Assembly: GCA_002104945.1 (NCBI GenBank)
Contig: MCFH01000002.1
Coordinates: forward strand, 62,001 to 126,000
Length of the DNA: 64,000 nucleotides
Direction: 5' to 3'
From: Piromyces finnis finn
Lineage: Eukaryota; Fungi; Neocallimastigomycota
Position numbers and translations under genes: made by a program. The stretch's first letter is position 1; every line of letters starts with the position of its first letter. The notes beneath the pieces are model-generated. The model did not search any database and had not been told where the DNA came from. It saw nothing but the letters and a program-made list of their open reading frames with translations. Positions 1-11,877 of the stretch are shown one piece after another.

Positions 1-1804
1 TATATATGCTGTATTATATTTTTAAATTGAACCATTTTTATCATTATATATATTATATTTAAATTGAACTTAAATATCATTTATATTCAAATTTTTTAAA
101 TAATAATATATTATTAGTTATATATTAGCATTAATGGATGATTTATACTAAAATACACTAACCCATAAAAATATTGGGTGTAAGAGTAAAATAAGAAAAA
201 AAAATAGTAATGAGTAACGATTAGTAATTTTCACAATGTAAACCATTTTTATATTAAATCATATGAATTTTATTCTACTTAGCATTATAATCAATCTTCT
301 TATCAAATATCATTTTAATAGGAATAAAATTGGCTTTGAATTTATTTATTATATTCATTATATTCATTATATATATATATTAATAAAAAAAAAAGTCGCA
401 TAAATTAACAGAAATGGAAAGTATCGAAAGCAAATCACTACCAAAAATAAAAGGTTATTAATAATAACAAAAATGGCATTGAAACAAAATAAAAATTAAA
501 ATTTGGATGCATTGAAAAAAAAAAAAAAAACTATATAAATATTAAAAAAAGTTCTTACTTTTTATTTTATAAAAATTTAAATAAAAAAATAAAAAATAAA
601 AAAATAAAAAAGAATTATAATTTTCTAATAACCTCTTCACAAATTAAAAGAGGAACAAAACTTTAGAACTCAATAAATTTTCAAAAATTATAATAAGGTA
701 TAAAAAAACTATATAAAATTTCACTTTAATTGTTTTCTTTAAAATACTCATACCTTTGTATCATTTTATACTAATAGATAAAAACAAAAATTTAAAAGGT
801 AAAAAAAGTTTTTTTTATTATTACATTAAAAATCATACCATTTTTTTGTTTCATGCAATAGTTATGTCGTTGTTGGAGAAAAAAAAAAGTTTTATTATTT
901 AAATAAAAAAAAAGAAAGAAGAAAAGTAAAATGAATACAAATTTTAATTATTAAGAATTTTGTTTTGATTATTAAGACTTTTTATTAATTTTAATAAGAG
1001 TGATAAGATTTTTTATTTTACATAACCTGTTTTTTTTTAATTTTTACAAAATCATCCATTGATTATAATTACAATATAAAACAATATATAATAAAAATAT
1101 TTCAGAATATATTAATATATATTAAAAATATATTATAATAATTTATTCCATAATAAAATAATATTAGGTTAATATTATAGTATTATCATACATATTAAAA
1201 CTATATTAAAATTAATAGAATGATTAAATTTTATAATATATTATAATAAAATTCATTTTAAAAAATTTTATTTTATATTCAATTCAAATGATAATAAATA
1301 TTAAATTAATATATTAAATTTTTTATATGAAATACTAAATTTATATATAATAAATTTTTTATATGAAAGTTAGCGAATAAAAACGAAGAAAAAAAAGTTT
1401 ATTAAAAAAAATTTAAAAAAATAATATAATTAGGAAATATATTTTTTATTATATAAACAAATAACAGACCTTTTTTTTTTTAAATTTAATAATCAATTTT
1501 TAAATTAAAATATTGTATTTCTATTAAATATTAAATAATATAGAGGATAAAAGATAAAAAGATATTATTTAATTAAAATTGTTTATACGATTTTAAATTT
1601 AAAAAAATTTGTTCATTTTATATTATTTTCATATAGTCATCTAACTTTTTTTTTATAAATCACTTTAATTTATTAGTAATAATAATATATATATAAAAAG
1701 TAAATATAATACAATAATAAAAAAAAATAATCAAAATAAAGTAAAAATATATAGATATATAAAAATAATTTATAATTTCATTTAATTGTCGAATAATTTT
1801 CAAT

Positions 1805-4000
1805 ATGTTGACGAAAAAACTTGGAGCATTAACTGTTACAGCAGCCATTCCGGTATTAATTATAAGTTTTTTTTTAGCACAAATTGATATTCAAAGATAT
1901 AATATTGGAGCTGCAATTGATATTCTCACTAAAAAACCACTTCCAAAAGAAGTTCCAAATCCACCTTCTTCAAAAGAATTTTTAGTTCGTTTATCACCAG
2001 TAGTTGACAAAGCTACTTTCACTGAAGAAGACGTTACTAGAACAATTAAAAAAGCAGTAAAGAATGTTTTAACAGGATATAAGAATGATGAATATTTTGA
2101 ATTTAATTCATACCTTGGTCCAAACTTTGTTTCTGCATACTATGTTGTTCAAAAATATCTTCAACATAAAGATACTGAATTTGACCCACACACTAAATTA
2201 GATGAAAAGGTTTTATACAAGCTTTTATCTACAACTCAATATCCAGATGGTTCTTGGGCTAATGTTGTTGATGGTAGTGTTAATTTTGGAGATATAGATA
2301 CTACTGTTTATAACTATTGGGCTCTTAAAGTTATGGGTGAACCTTTAGATAGTCCAATGATGACAAATGCTCGTCGTTTTATTCTTTCAAAGGGTGGTCT
2401 TAGACATACTAATTGTTTATCTAGATATTGGCAAACCTTCTTTGGTAACATTAAATGGAGTGAAAATATTTATATTCCTCTTTTCGTTTTTGGTGATAGT
2501 ATCCTTAGTCGTCTCTTAAATTTCCAAGGTCGTGTTGCTCAATGGGTTTACCCACATGTACTTCCAATTACATACTCTACTTACTTCAAAGTTCAAAAAG
2601 ATATGGGAAGTCGTTTCGATCTTTATGAACTTTTACCAGAAAATGCAGGAAAATCATGGGATGATCCACTCTTTGCTGAAAGACCAGCTAAAATTGAAGA
2701 TATTAGTCAAAAAGGTGAACCAGAAGAAGCTGTTGTTAAGATTTTAATGCGTATGTTTGATATTCAACAACCAATGGGTAGTTTTGGAGCTTACACTGTT
2801 TCAACTCTTTTCGGTATTATAGCCTACGATGATTTCATGCATCGTTTCCCAGAAAGTAAGTATATTCCAGAAATTAAAGAAAGAATTAAAAAGGGTTATG
2901 AATATATTGAAATGATGTACTTTGATAATGAAGCTGAATATATGGGTAATTTATGTAATGGTCGTTCCTGGGAAACTATTTTATCTTCTATAGCTTTAGT
3001 TGAAGCTGGTTATGAAGGTGCTGAAGTAGTTAAGGCTGCTAACTATTTAGCTAAAAAACAACGTAAAAATGGTGGTATTCCATATGGTGTCGATTTTGAA
3101 TATGCATCTGATTTTGATGATACTGCTGAAGCTGTTATCTTATGGAGTGCTTTCAAAGGTAACAAGGATTTAGAAAAGAGAGTTGATCATGCTAACCAAT
3201 TATTATTCGAAATTCAAAATAAAGACGGTGGTTTTGCTGCTTTTGATCATGAAAAACAAGGTTTCAAGCCAATTGAATTTGTTACTGCTGCATTTTCAGA
3301 TGCTGCTGAAATTTGGGATCCAAGTTGTGCTGATGTTACTGGTCACGTTTTAGAAGGTTTCGGTGAAAGTGGATTAAATTACACCCACCCAATAGTAAAG
3401 AGAGGTATCGAATATCTTATCAATACTCAAAAGCCAAGTGGTGGTTGGGAAGGTAGATGGGGTAATAACTACATTTACTCTTTTGGTGCTGTAATTCCAG
3501 CTTTAAAAAAGGTTGGTTATGATTTAAATCAACCTTGGATTAGAAAAGCTGTTTCCTGGGTTTTACAACATCAAAACTTAGATGGTGGTTTTGGTGAATC
3601 ACCACTTTCTTACAAATCTGAAAAATGGTGTGGTGTTGGTATTTCAACTCCATCTCAAACTGCTTGGGCTTTACTTGGTTTATTAGAAATTAAGCGTGCT
3701 GATATTATGGATGTTGGTGATAGTGTTGAAAAGGCCATTCAATTCTTAATTAATGAAATGGATCGTGAAGGTAAATGGGAAGACAAATCTGTTGTTGGTA
3801 CTGGTCATCGTGGTTTCCTTATGATGGTATATTTAACTTATCCATACTCTTGGCCATTAATAGCTATGTCTAGATACCAAAGATACTTTGGTGAAAAGGA
3901 AATTGATCTTAAGAATGCTGAAGTATTTGATGATCTTCCAACAAACATTTTAGAAAAAATTACAGCTACAGCTGAATCAGTTAAACCATCTAATCCATAA
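1805..4000 (+). CDS. stc: Squalene-hopene cyclase family triterpene cyclase, most likely squalene-tetrahymanol cyclase; intronless
   Basis: 731-aa ORF with catalytic DXDDTA motif (SDFDDTAEA) and QW repeats (QYPDGSW, QRKNGGI, QNKDGGF, QKPSGGW, QNLDGGFGES), plus WEGRWGNNYIY and GTG...Y-YP motifs. DXDD marks a squalene cyclase rather than an oxidosqualene cyclase (DCTAE). The STC versus SHC call rests on prior knowledge of tetrahymanol in gut fungi. Confidence 0.9.
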   Translation: MLTKKLGALTVTAAIPVLIISFFLAQIDIQRYNIGAAIDILTKKPLPKEVPNPPSSKEFLVRLSPVVDKATFTEEDVTRTIKKAVKNVLTGYKNDEYFEFNSYLGPNFVSAYYVVQKYLQHKDTEFDPHTKLDEKVLYKLLSTTQYPDGSWANVVDGSVNFGDIDTTVYNYWALKVMGEPLDSPMMTNARRFILSKGGLRHTNCLSRYWQTFFGNIKWSENIYIPLFVFGDSILSRLLNFQGRVAQWVYPHVLPITYSTYFKVQKDMGSRFDLYELLPENAGKSWDDPLFAERPAKIEDISQKGEPEEAVVKILMRMFDIQQPMGSFGAYTVSTLFGIIAYDDFMHRFPESKYIPEIKERIKKGYEYIEMMYFDNEAEYMGNLCNGRSWETILSSIALVEAGYEGAEVVKAANYLAKKQRKNGGIPYGVDFEYASDFDDTAEAVILWSAFKGNKDLEKRVDHANQLLFEIQNKDGGFAAFDHEKQGFKPIEFVTAAFSDAAEIWDPSCADVTGHVLEGFGESGLNYTHPIVKRGIEYLINTQKPSGGWEGRWGNNYIYSFGAVIPALKKVGYDLNQPWIRKAVSWVLQHQNLDGGFGESPLSYKSEKWCGVGISTPSQTAWALLGLLEIKRADIMDVGDSVEKAIQFLINEMDREGKWEDKSVVGTGHRGFLMMVYLTYPYSWPLIAMSRYQRYFGEKEIDLKNAEVFDDLPTNILEKITATAESVKPSNP

Positions 4001-4863
4001 ATTAATTTACAAATTTTGCATAAAAATAGGTATTGATATCATCATATAATAATATAAATAATACTACATTTATTAAATGATATATCGAGGGCTATTAAAA
4101 AGAAAATTCTATAAAATAATTTAAAATTTTATAGAAAATATAGAATATAAAATATATCATCTATTCCTTAAAATTACAATACACATTATATTTTTATTTA
4201 AGCATAACGCATCATACTATACCGAATCAATCACAATTTCAATATTATAAAATATTGTATATAATATTGTTTTTTAAAATCACTATCCATTCGAGAATTG
4301 TATTGTGTATATAAAACTTTTTTTTTTATCAGCACATAAATATTATTTATAAATTATTACTTTTTCTTTAATTTTTACCATATAGAAAATTACCGAAAAA
4401 AAATATAAATATAAAATATATTTTTTATACATTTTTTTTCTTTATAAGAGTGAATTATAAAGAAAAAAAATAAATGTTCATGATATATAAAAATTTATTT
4501 ATATATAATAAATATTTAAAAAATATTAATTTCTATTTGAATTTATTAATAATTTATTTAACATTTATAAATAATTTAAGAAGCCGAAAAATTTTGAGAA
4601 AAAATATAAAACATAAAATAAAACAAATAATATTTAAAAAAGAAAAAAGAAAAAAAAATAAAAGATTTATAACATAAAAGTTTTTTTTTTTTTTTTTGTC
4701 TATGGTTTTACCTTTGTTAAATATATTTCCAATCCTTTTCAAGCTTTGTGTTAGACATAGGCTTCAACATTTGTTATTGGTGTAGTATTATTAAAATAAT
4801 TTTCTTGATTTAATATTATCTTGATCAAAATCTAACAAATTCAGAAATCAATTCATCATTCAT

Positions 4864-6905
4864 ATTAGGTGGTAAATGTTTTGATTTTCTCAATAATCTC
4901 TACTCTACCTCTAAAGCTCGTGCACGTTTCTTGGATATGCTTTCCAATGAATTCCCTATAAACCGTGGTGTAAGACAAGGGTGTCCTCTTTCTCCTATAC
5001 TGTTTAACCTCTTTATCAATGATATTTTAAATAAATGTGAAAGGCTTGGAGTTAGCTTAGGTAATAAACGTTGTTGTGGTGGCCTTTTCGCTGATGACAT
5101 TGTTTTGATTGCTCCTAGTAAGAAGAACCTTCAAAAGATGCTCAATCTAGTCCTTGATTGGGCTAATTTAAATGAAATGTCTTTTGGAATAAATAAATGT
5201 GCAACTATTGTTGTTAAACCTATCAACTTTTATAGATCCCCTAGTTATGTAGACCCAACATTTTACATCGGTATGTACTCGATTCCAAAGGTTTCTTGCT
5301 ATACTTATCTTGGAATCCCATTCGACGAAGATCTTTCTTTGACTCCTATTCTGTCTAATATGTACAAAAAAGTTCAGAAATCTTTATTCTCTTTTAAGAA
5401 CTTCCTCACCAACAATTGTGTTCCTATTGGCTTAAAAAACATAGTAATTCATTCTTATATTTTAAGCAAAGTCTCTTATTATGCTCCTTTGCTTGGTTCC
5501 AATAAAAATAGAACTAGAAGAGTCCAATCTCTTATCAATACTGCTGTTTTATGGAGTGTCAATAGCTTTCACAATAAAAGTTTTAATAACAAAGATTTTG
5601 TTTTTGAACGAAATTCATTTATTAGTCTGTATGCTCTTACAAGAGATATGAAGATCCCTACCCTTTCAGGTATTTGTGCTGCGCAGCAAGTGAAATGCTT
5701 TGTTAAATGGAGAAAATCAAATTGTATAATTAAAGATCTCGTCCGATCTATTCCTCCCATGTCTCATTACTCTTGGGCCAAAGAATCTTGTTCACTACAT
5801 AAGAAGCTTATGAAAATAAATATTAAAAGTACTAAAGATATTAGAGAATATTATTGGAATAATAGTAGCCTAAATAATGGAAGTAAAGCCCTCAGATATA
5901 CTAACAACAAATTCCTTAATTCAAATCGCCTAATGCATATCGGTCTCAACAAACCTCACTTAAATTTAGGAATTACCTGGATTATTCGTATTCGATGCGG
6001 TTATGAAAATACTACCCGAATTGCTATTGCCAGTAATAGAGTTACTCCTGACTGCCCTCGTGTCTGTCCATGTTGCGGATATGACGAACAATCTTTTTAC
6101 CATTGGATATTAGAATGTTCTGCATTCTCTGAATACAGAGCTTCTTCACTTAGCTTTCTTGACGATCTTTTTACCCTTTTTTTACAATAAATATAAGAAT
6201 CAATTCATCACATACTTACTCCCCGAAACGGAAGTAAGAAAAACAATTTATAACTATATTTTTACGTTCCTTCTTGGTGGAACTTTAGCTTATGATGAGC
6301 TACAAATCGATAAGGCGGAACAAAGACATTTGAATGAACAGCTTTACAGTTCATCGGGGTCTCATGTTCCATATGTAGAGGGTCTCGCGGCTTTTCTTAC
6401 TAAAACAATCCCTATCATTAGTAGCTCTATGAAGCTACTTTTTGATAGGTTTAGTAAGACACCTAACGTAATCAAGAGCGCCGACGTCGTACCGATATGG
6501 CAAAGGAACATTTCCAATGTTCCGTACACAGGGTTCAATGTTAGTATTTCCTCAAATTCGAATGAAAACATTATGAACTCATGGGAGAGTTTAGTGGACA
6601 CCACACTATCATACCTGATGTTACTTCTTTTTTTTATTTCATTTAATTTATTAGGTAGGGACCAATCCCACACAGTACAAATTGCAGAGTTCATTGAACT
6701 TTTATGCAACTTAAATAATTATTTTATATTTTTTTATATTTATATTTTTATTTATATATATTTTATTATTTTTATTTATTATTTATTATATCATTATCAA
6801 TATGTATTATCACCTAATATTATGTAATATCACTAATTAAATAAGTAAATAAATAAAAGATGTGTATTCTCTTCCTAGTCTAAAAAAAAAAAAAAAAAAA
6901 AAAAA
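4864..6905 (+). mobile_element. 5'-truncated non-LTR retrotransposon (LINE, family A): RT C-terminal half, CCHC region, 3' UTR and poly(A)
   Basis: RT motifs GVRQGCPLSPILFNLFINDI, CCGGLFADD and YTYLGIPF; Cys/His motif CPRVCPCC...HWILEC. AATAAA at 6852 and an A-run at 6882-6907. TSD AATTCATCATTCAT at 4850-4863 and 6906-6919. One frameshift in the T7 run at 6177-6183. Confidence 0.92.
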
Positions 6906-6982
6906 AATTCATCATTCATTTTGTAGATAATATTTCATTAATTTTTTATTGAGAGTTCAAGAAAGATTTTTGAATATTCCGA

Positions 6983-7738
6983 TATTAATAATAATAGTAG
7001 CAATAATAATAATAATTATAGTAATAGATACAGTAGTAATAGTAACAATAGTAATAATAACAATAGTAGTAGTAGAAATAATAATATTAGCAATGATAGC
7101 AATAGTGAAGATAATAATTCTAATTTAAATAGTAATTTAGTTTATAGTTCTAATAATCCGTGGTGAATATTAATGTGTATGATTATTCTAGTGTGTGCAG
7201 TAAAATATTTAAATTCCTTCCTGGGGGAAGAAGTTTTAACAATATCAATTACAATTCAAGGGAATGGAAAGAACTTTGCAAGTGTCAGATTCAATCTGGC
7301 ACTAACGAAGGAACACCATTCTTGACGGTAACGGTGGAACCTCTAACCAAAATCATGCCTTTTGCTATTGGCCAGCAATGGTCAATGTTCAAAAGGTTTG
7401 AAGCAACAACCAAAAGCGTCAATGCTGAAGAAACAGTAAGACAGGCCAGGAGGGCCAGCGCAACCAATGGAGATCATAATTTTATTCCATAATAAAATTT
7501 TGATCTTTGACTCGGTGTCCTATTGGAAATCAAATACAATTATTATATTTTAGTATAATAGTGTCTTTCTTTCTTTAATTAAAATTACTAGAATATATTA
7601 TATCCAATTTTCATTTGTGTTTATTTAAATATATTTTTTTTATTTTTTATTTTTAATTTTTTTTATTATATGTATTATAATTTTAATAAAGTTTAAAAAT
7701 ATTTGATGCCGTTAAAAGAAAAAAAAAAAAAAAAAAAA
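6983..7738 (+). mobile_element. Short 5'-truncated copy of the family-B LINE (3' end only)
   Basis: Near-identical to about 29230-30030 of the full-length element (VNINVYDYSSVCSKIFKF...RRASATNGDHNF, same 3' UTR ending GATGCCGTT-polyA). TSD TTGA(A/G)TATTCCGA at 6970-6982 and 7739-7751, with one mismatch. Confidence 0.92.
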
Positions 7739-8439
7739 TTGAGTATTCCGAATGATTCAGAAAAATACTTTGAAGACAACCTTAACTTTTATGTATTGTA
7801 TATCCCTTTTGTAGGAAATATAGTATTTGAAATTTTTAAACAATAAGCGAAGAAAAGGAAGATGAATAAGTATTTAATAATAATTTTTCAATCACTTTTT
7901 CTCTCGAGAGTCTTCTTTCCAGTACTCTTATATCGTAAGGCTAGCTGAATTCCTTACTAATATTATAACAATTATAGTTTACGATTTTTATACAATAACC
8001 AATTTGTAAAAGTGTCCAATTGTAGCTGTTGCTAAGAGCGTTGAAGTTGAAAGGATAAGGCAAAGAAGAAATTCTGAATACAGAATCGAGTATAAATAAC
8101 AAATTCAAAAGTGAATTATCATCGAGAAATAGAAAATGTTAGAGATCATCCTCTTTTCTCTTTATGTAATTTTTTTTTTATCAATTTATGTTTCATTTTA
8201 ATTTTTCAAATATTTCTTTTTTTTTTTTTTTTTTTTTTTAATAGAGTTGTTTTCGTTTTTTTTTTTTTTAAAGAGAAAAATTCAAAAATTTGTTTAAAAG
8301 TTTTAATTAAAATTTTATATAATATTCATAGTATTTCCAAAATGGTTTAAATAAGATAGATTAAAATAAACTGAAGAAAAGGATTCAATTTCCATTCATA
8401 ATAAAATTTTTAATACTTTAAAAAAGCTTTATGATCCGA

Positions 8440-9330
8440 ATATTTAAATAAATGAATTTTTAATTGAAAGAACAATTGGATGTATACCATGATCATAAAT
8501 TGTCTCAACTAGAATTTCAGAATACAATCTTAAAATAATTTCAAAGACCTAAAGTCTAAACAATTGCCTTTTTTTTTTGCAAAAAAGTAGAAATATATAC
8601 GATGCAAATTAAATATGACGCTTAATAAAAAAAAATATTGAGATTATTTGGCAATTAGAAACTTTTATTAGAAAGATCTCAAAAAAAAAAAAAAAAAAAC
8701 AATTAAAGTAAAATATTAAAATAATAATAATAATAATTTTTAGGAAGTCGTTGTTTAATTATATTATAGACATTCATAGTTCCTAAAAACAAAGAAGTAA
8801 ATAAATGTTAGATATTAAAGTCGCTAAAGCTGCTAAATTATAGCTAATCCTTATTAATTTTCTAATCCGAATTTTAATTATCTTTGTAGATGTCATATAA
8901 ATATCTATAATAATGACAAAAAAATGGTAGTAATTACAATAACAATTATAGTAATAAAGATATCAAAAGTATAATCCTAATAATATAGTTATAATGTTGA
9001 AAGTAATAATAAAGGATAATGATAACTCTTTTAAGCTTGAAGTTATTAATAATTTTAATAATTATTCTGGTGTATAATATATTTATGCATTCCTTCATGG
9101 GGGGAAAGGCATGAACGATAACAAGTCAAGAGAATAGAAAGAACTTTGTTTTATAAATATTAAGATAAACCAGGCACTTATGAAAGTTCAATGTTTTTAA
9201 TGATAACTACAAAACTTCTAATCATAACAATACCTTTTTTGTTATTAGCCAACAATACTCAATGATTTCTTATACATAATTTCAAGGTTTTTTTTTTTTT
9301 CTTTAAATAATATAGAATAAAAATGCTTTA
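8440..9330 (+). pseudogene. Heavily deleted, degenerate family-B-like LINE relic
   Basis: Colinear patches match the full element: EQLDVYHDH (vs EQLDVWHDH), IVSTRISEY (vs IVTTRISEY), LDIKVAKAAK (vs LDARVAKAAK), an Asn-rich tract, and TTCCTTCATGGGGGG...GAAAGAACTTTGT. Boundaries are approximate. Confidence 0.72.
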
Positions 9331-9363
<33 letters not shown>

Positions 9364-9409
9364 AATTTTTTTTATATACAGACTTAATTATTCTCTCAGA
9401 GTATTAATT

Positions 9410-10110
9410 TATGTTTGTAAAAAATATAAATTGAAAATATTAACTTTACAACATAAAAACTTGCGGAAAAGGAAAATAAATTATTAATATTACTGTTATT
9501 AATATCAGTAGTTGAATTAGATGATTCAACAATTTAACTTATTGAAACTTCTTTAGTTTGATTATCAATTTGATTATCAGCGTTATCATTATTGGTTTGG
9601 TATGAGATATTACTTATGCTGGAAGAGGAAAAAGAAGAATTAGGTGTTTCTTTAGCATCAATTATTACAGTAGAAGTAACCATTTTTAGTTAGAGTTTCA
9701 GTTTTAGTAGTAATTTTCGTTACACCATTATTATATAAAAATTGATGAAATATATTTTTATTTATGTAAATTCTTTTAAATAATTCATTAATAAAACAGT
9801 CCTTAATCCTTGAACAATTATTTTTTCTTCAGAATTGGTATAACTAATAAGACTACTTGCAAGTTTGATAGTAGCATATTCCTTGAGAAAAAAAAAATAT
9901 GTGGGTTCCTTATTTTACAATATAAAAAGCAATTAGTTAATACTTTTCCCTTATCTGGACATTTTTCAGATATTTGTTTTCCTTACACATTCTCATTAAG
10001 CATACAAGAAAAATATAATATTTAATTAAAATTTTTATCTTGCTTTTATTATTATCGTTGTTGCTGTTGTTAATGAACATTATAATAGAATTTTATAATA
10101 GACTTCTTAT
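9410..10110 (-). pseudogene. Possible decayed gene for a Thr/Ser-rich surface protein
   Basis: Minus-strand peptides GVTKITTKTETLTK/MVTSTVIIDAKETPNSSFSSSSIS..., a Cys-containing piece (SEKCPDKGKVLTNCFLYC) and a hydrophobic end (FSFSASFYVVKLIF), interrupted by stops and a frameshift. No family recognised. Confidence 0.25.
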
Positions 10111-11253
10111 ATGTATGTATGTATATATGTATATATTTAATTTATAATTGATTTTCTTCTTTTTTTTTTTTTTTTATTTTAGCTTTTGTTATGTTTTATT
10201 TTATTAAAACTGTGATAATTTTTTGGGTATAAATAATACTATATAACTATATAAATTATTTTTTTAATTTAGCAAATCATCAATCATACTAAATTAAACA
10301 ATAACTTTATTTAATAATAAAAAAAATTAAAAATTATCATTTTTTTTTAATGTGCAAAAATAAAGTAGAATTTTTATAAAAATTGCTTTTATAAAAATCA
10401 GTTCCCTCTAAATAATTATTAATTACATGTATTAGAAATATTAAAAGATATCACATTTTAATATAGATTCTAATCATAATAAATATTCATTAATATTTAT
10501 TTTCATTGGTATGTAATTGTTTTGGTTTTGATCTATCGAGAATTTATAGTAAACTTAATAATAGTAAAAACTTGTGATTGTGTGGCGAGAATTTTATCTA
10601 AAGATTATTAAACCTAACTATGAAATTATAACAATAAGTTTTACAATTATATTTTTTTTTATAAATTACTTATTGTTATTGTAGTCTCAGTTTTATATAT
10701 GAATATATAAATAAAATAGAATTTATACTATAAAAAATTAAAAACATTTGTAAATTTCTTATTATTTACGCATACACTTTCTTTTTCCTGTATATTATAT
10801 ATATTATATTCTTTTTAATACTACTTTAAAAACAATTTTTATTATAAACTCTTTACTCCTTTTTCATTTGTAAAAAATGTTAAAGTTTTTTTCATATTTT
10901 AAATTAATTCAGGAGAATATTAACCAATGGAATGTAAAGTGAAACTTTTAATTTAATTTATAAAAACATATTTAAAATTTTAAAATGAACGAACTAATAA
11001 TAATAAAAAAATAAAAACTTGTAAATATTAAAAAAAAATTATAATTATAAAAATAAAACAAACAAAAAAATTATAATTATAATTATAAAAGAAAGTTACA
11101 ATAATATTAAATAAACAATATTGAGTTATATTGTATTTATTTTAAAAAAGAAAAAATAAAAGAAAGAAAGAATTTATCTATTGTAAAAAAATATATATAT
11201 TATAAAAAAACATAAAAAAAATATTATACCCAATTTTTAAATATTATTTAGCA

Positions 11254-11877
11254 ATGTTTTTTAATCAATCAATAAAATCTTTCTTTTATCTTGGTATATT
11301 TGTTAATAATATAATAGTAAATGCATTAATAGATGGAGATTGTAATAATTTAACTGGATTAAGTAAATCAATTAATGAAGATAATACTACAGGAGAATAT
11401 AATAATTGTATTAAGAATCCAAATATAAAAGAATTAAAAAATAATAATGATAATAAAAGCTCAGAAAATGAAAGTAATGGAATGAAAGGTATAATTGTAG
11501 TTGCTATAGTACTTATAATATTATTTATCATTACGGGTATTCTATTATACTCAAAATGTCGAAAATCAAATACTGAAGATGATGATGAAAAGAAGAAAAG
11601 CATTTTACCAATTTCAAATAATAACAATATCAATCATTCAAATTCTAATAAAAGTTTTGTTGTATTAACACCAAAAGGAGAAATTAAGGAATCTAAACCA
11701 CCACAATTAGCTTTAGATGAAAAACTTTTTAACTATATAGATGTTAAAAAACCTCTTGAAAAGATTGATGATAAAAAGAATGGAAATAGAGTATCTACAA
11801 TTAAAACTCAAGAACAATATGAAAATCATTTACAATATGAAAACCTTTTAAATAGTCAAAGTTATTATCTTGATTAA
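11254..11877 (+). CDS. Hypothetical single-pass (type I) membrane protein
   Basis: 207-aa single-exon ORF: signal-peptide-like N-terminus, short 2-Cys ectodomain, TM helix GIIVVAIVLIILFIITGILLY followed by basic SKCRK, and a polar cytoplasmic tail. Confidence 0.7.
   Translation: MFFNQSIKSFFYLGIFVNNIIVNALIDGDCNNLTGLSKSINEDNTTGEYNNCIKNPNIKELKNNNDNKSSENESNGMKGIIVVAIVLIILFIITGILLYSKCRKSNTEDDDEKKKSILPISNNNNINHSNSNKSFVVLTPKGEIKESKPPQLALDEKLFNYIDVKKPLEKIDDKKNGNRVSTIKTQEQYENHLQYENLLNSQSYYLD

Larger units (their letters stand above)
4698..8100 (+). pseudogene. Old degenerate LINE 3' relic, split into three pieces (about 4698-4863, 6920-6982, 7752-about 8100) by two younger insertions
   Basis: Removing the two TSD-flanked inserts gives peptides FVDNISLIFY*EFKKDF and YIVRLAEFLTNIITII...VAKSVEV. 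These resemble family-A LINE FLDDLFTLFYNKYKNQF and YVEGLAAFLTKTIPII...VIKSADV. Outer boundaries are approximate. Confidence 0.6.

Noticed and set aside
4679-4860. Minus-strand poly(A)-tailed element or twin-priming inversion suggested by the T-run at 4679-4697
   Set aside because: The TSD places the family-A 5' end at 4864, and the upstream sequence continues in plus orientation with 6920 onward. T-runs of this length are common in this window.
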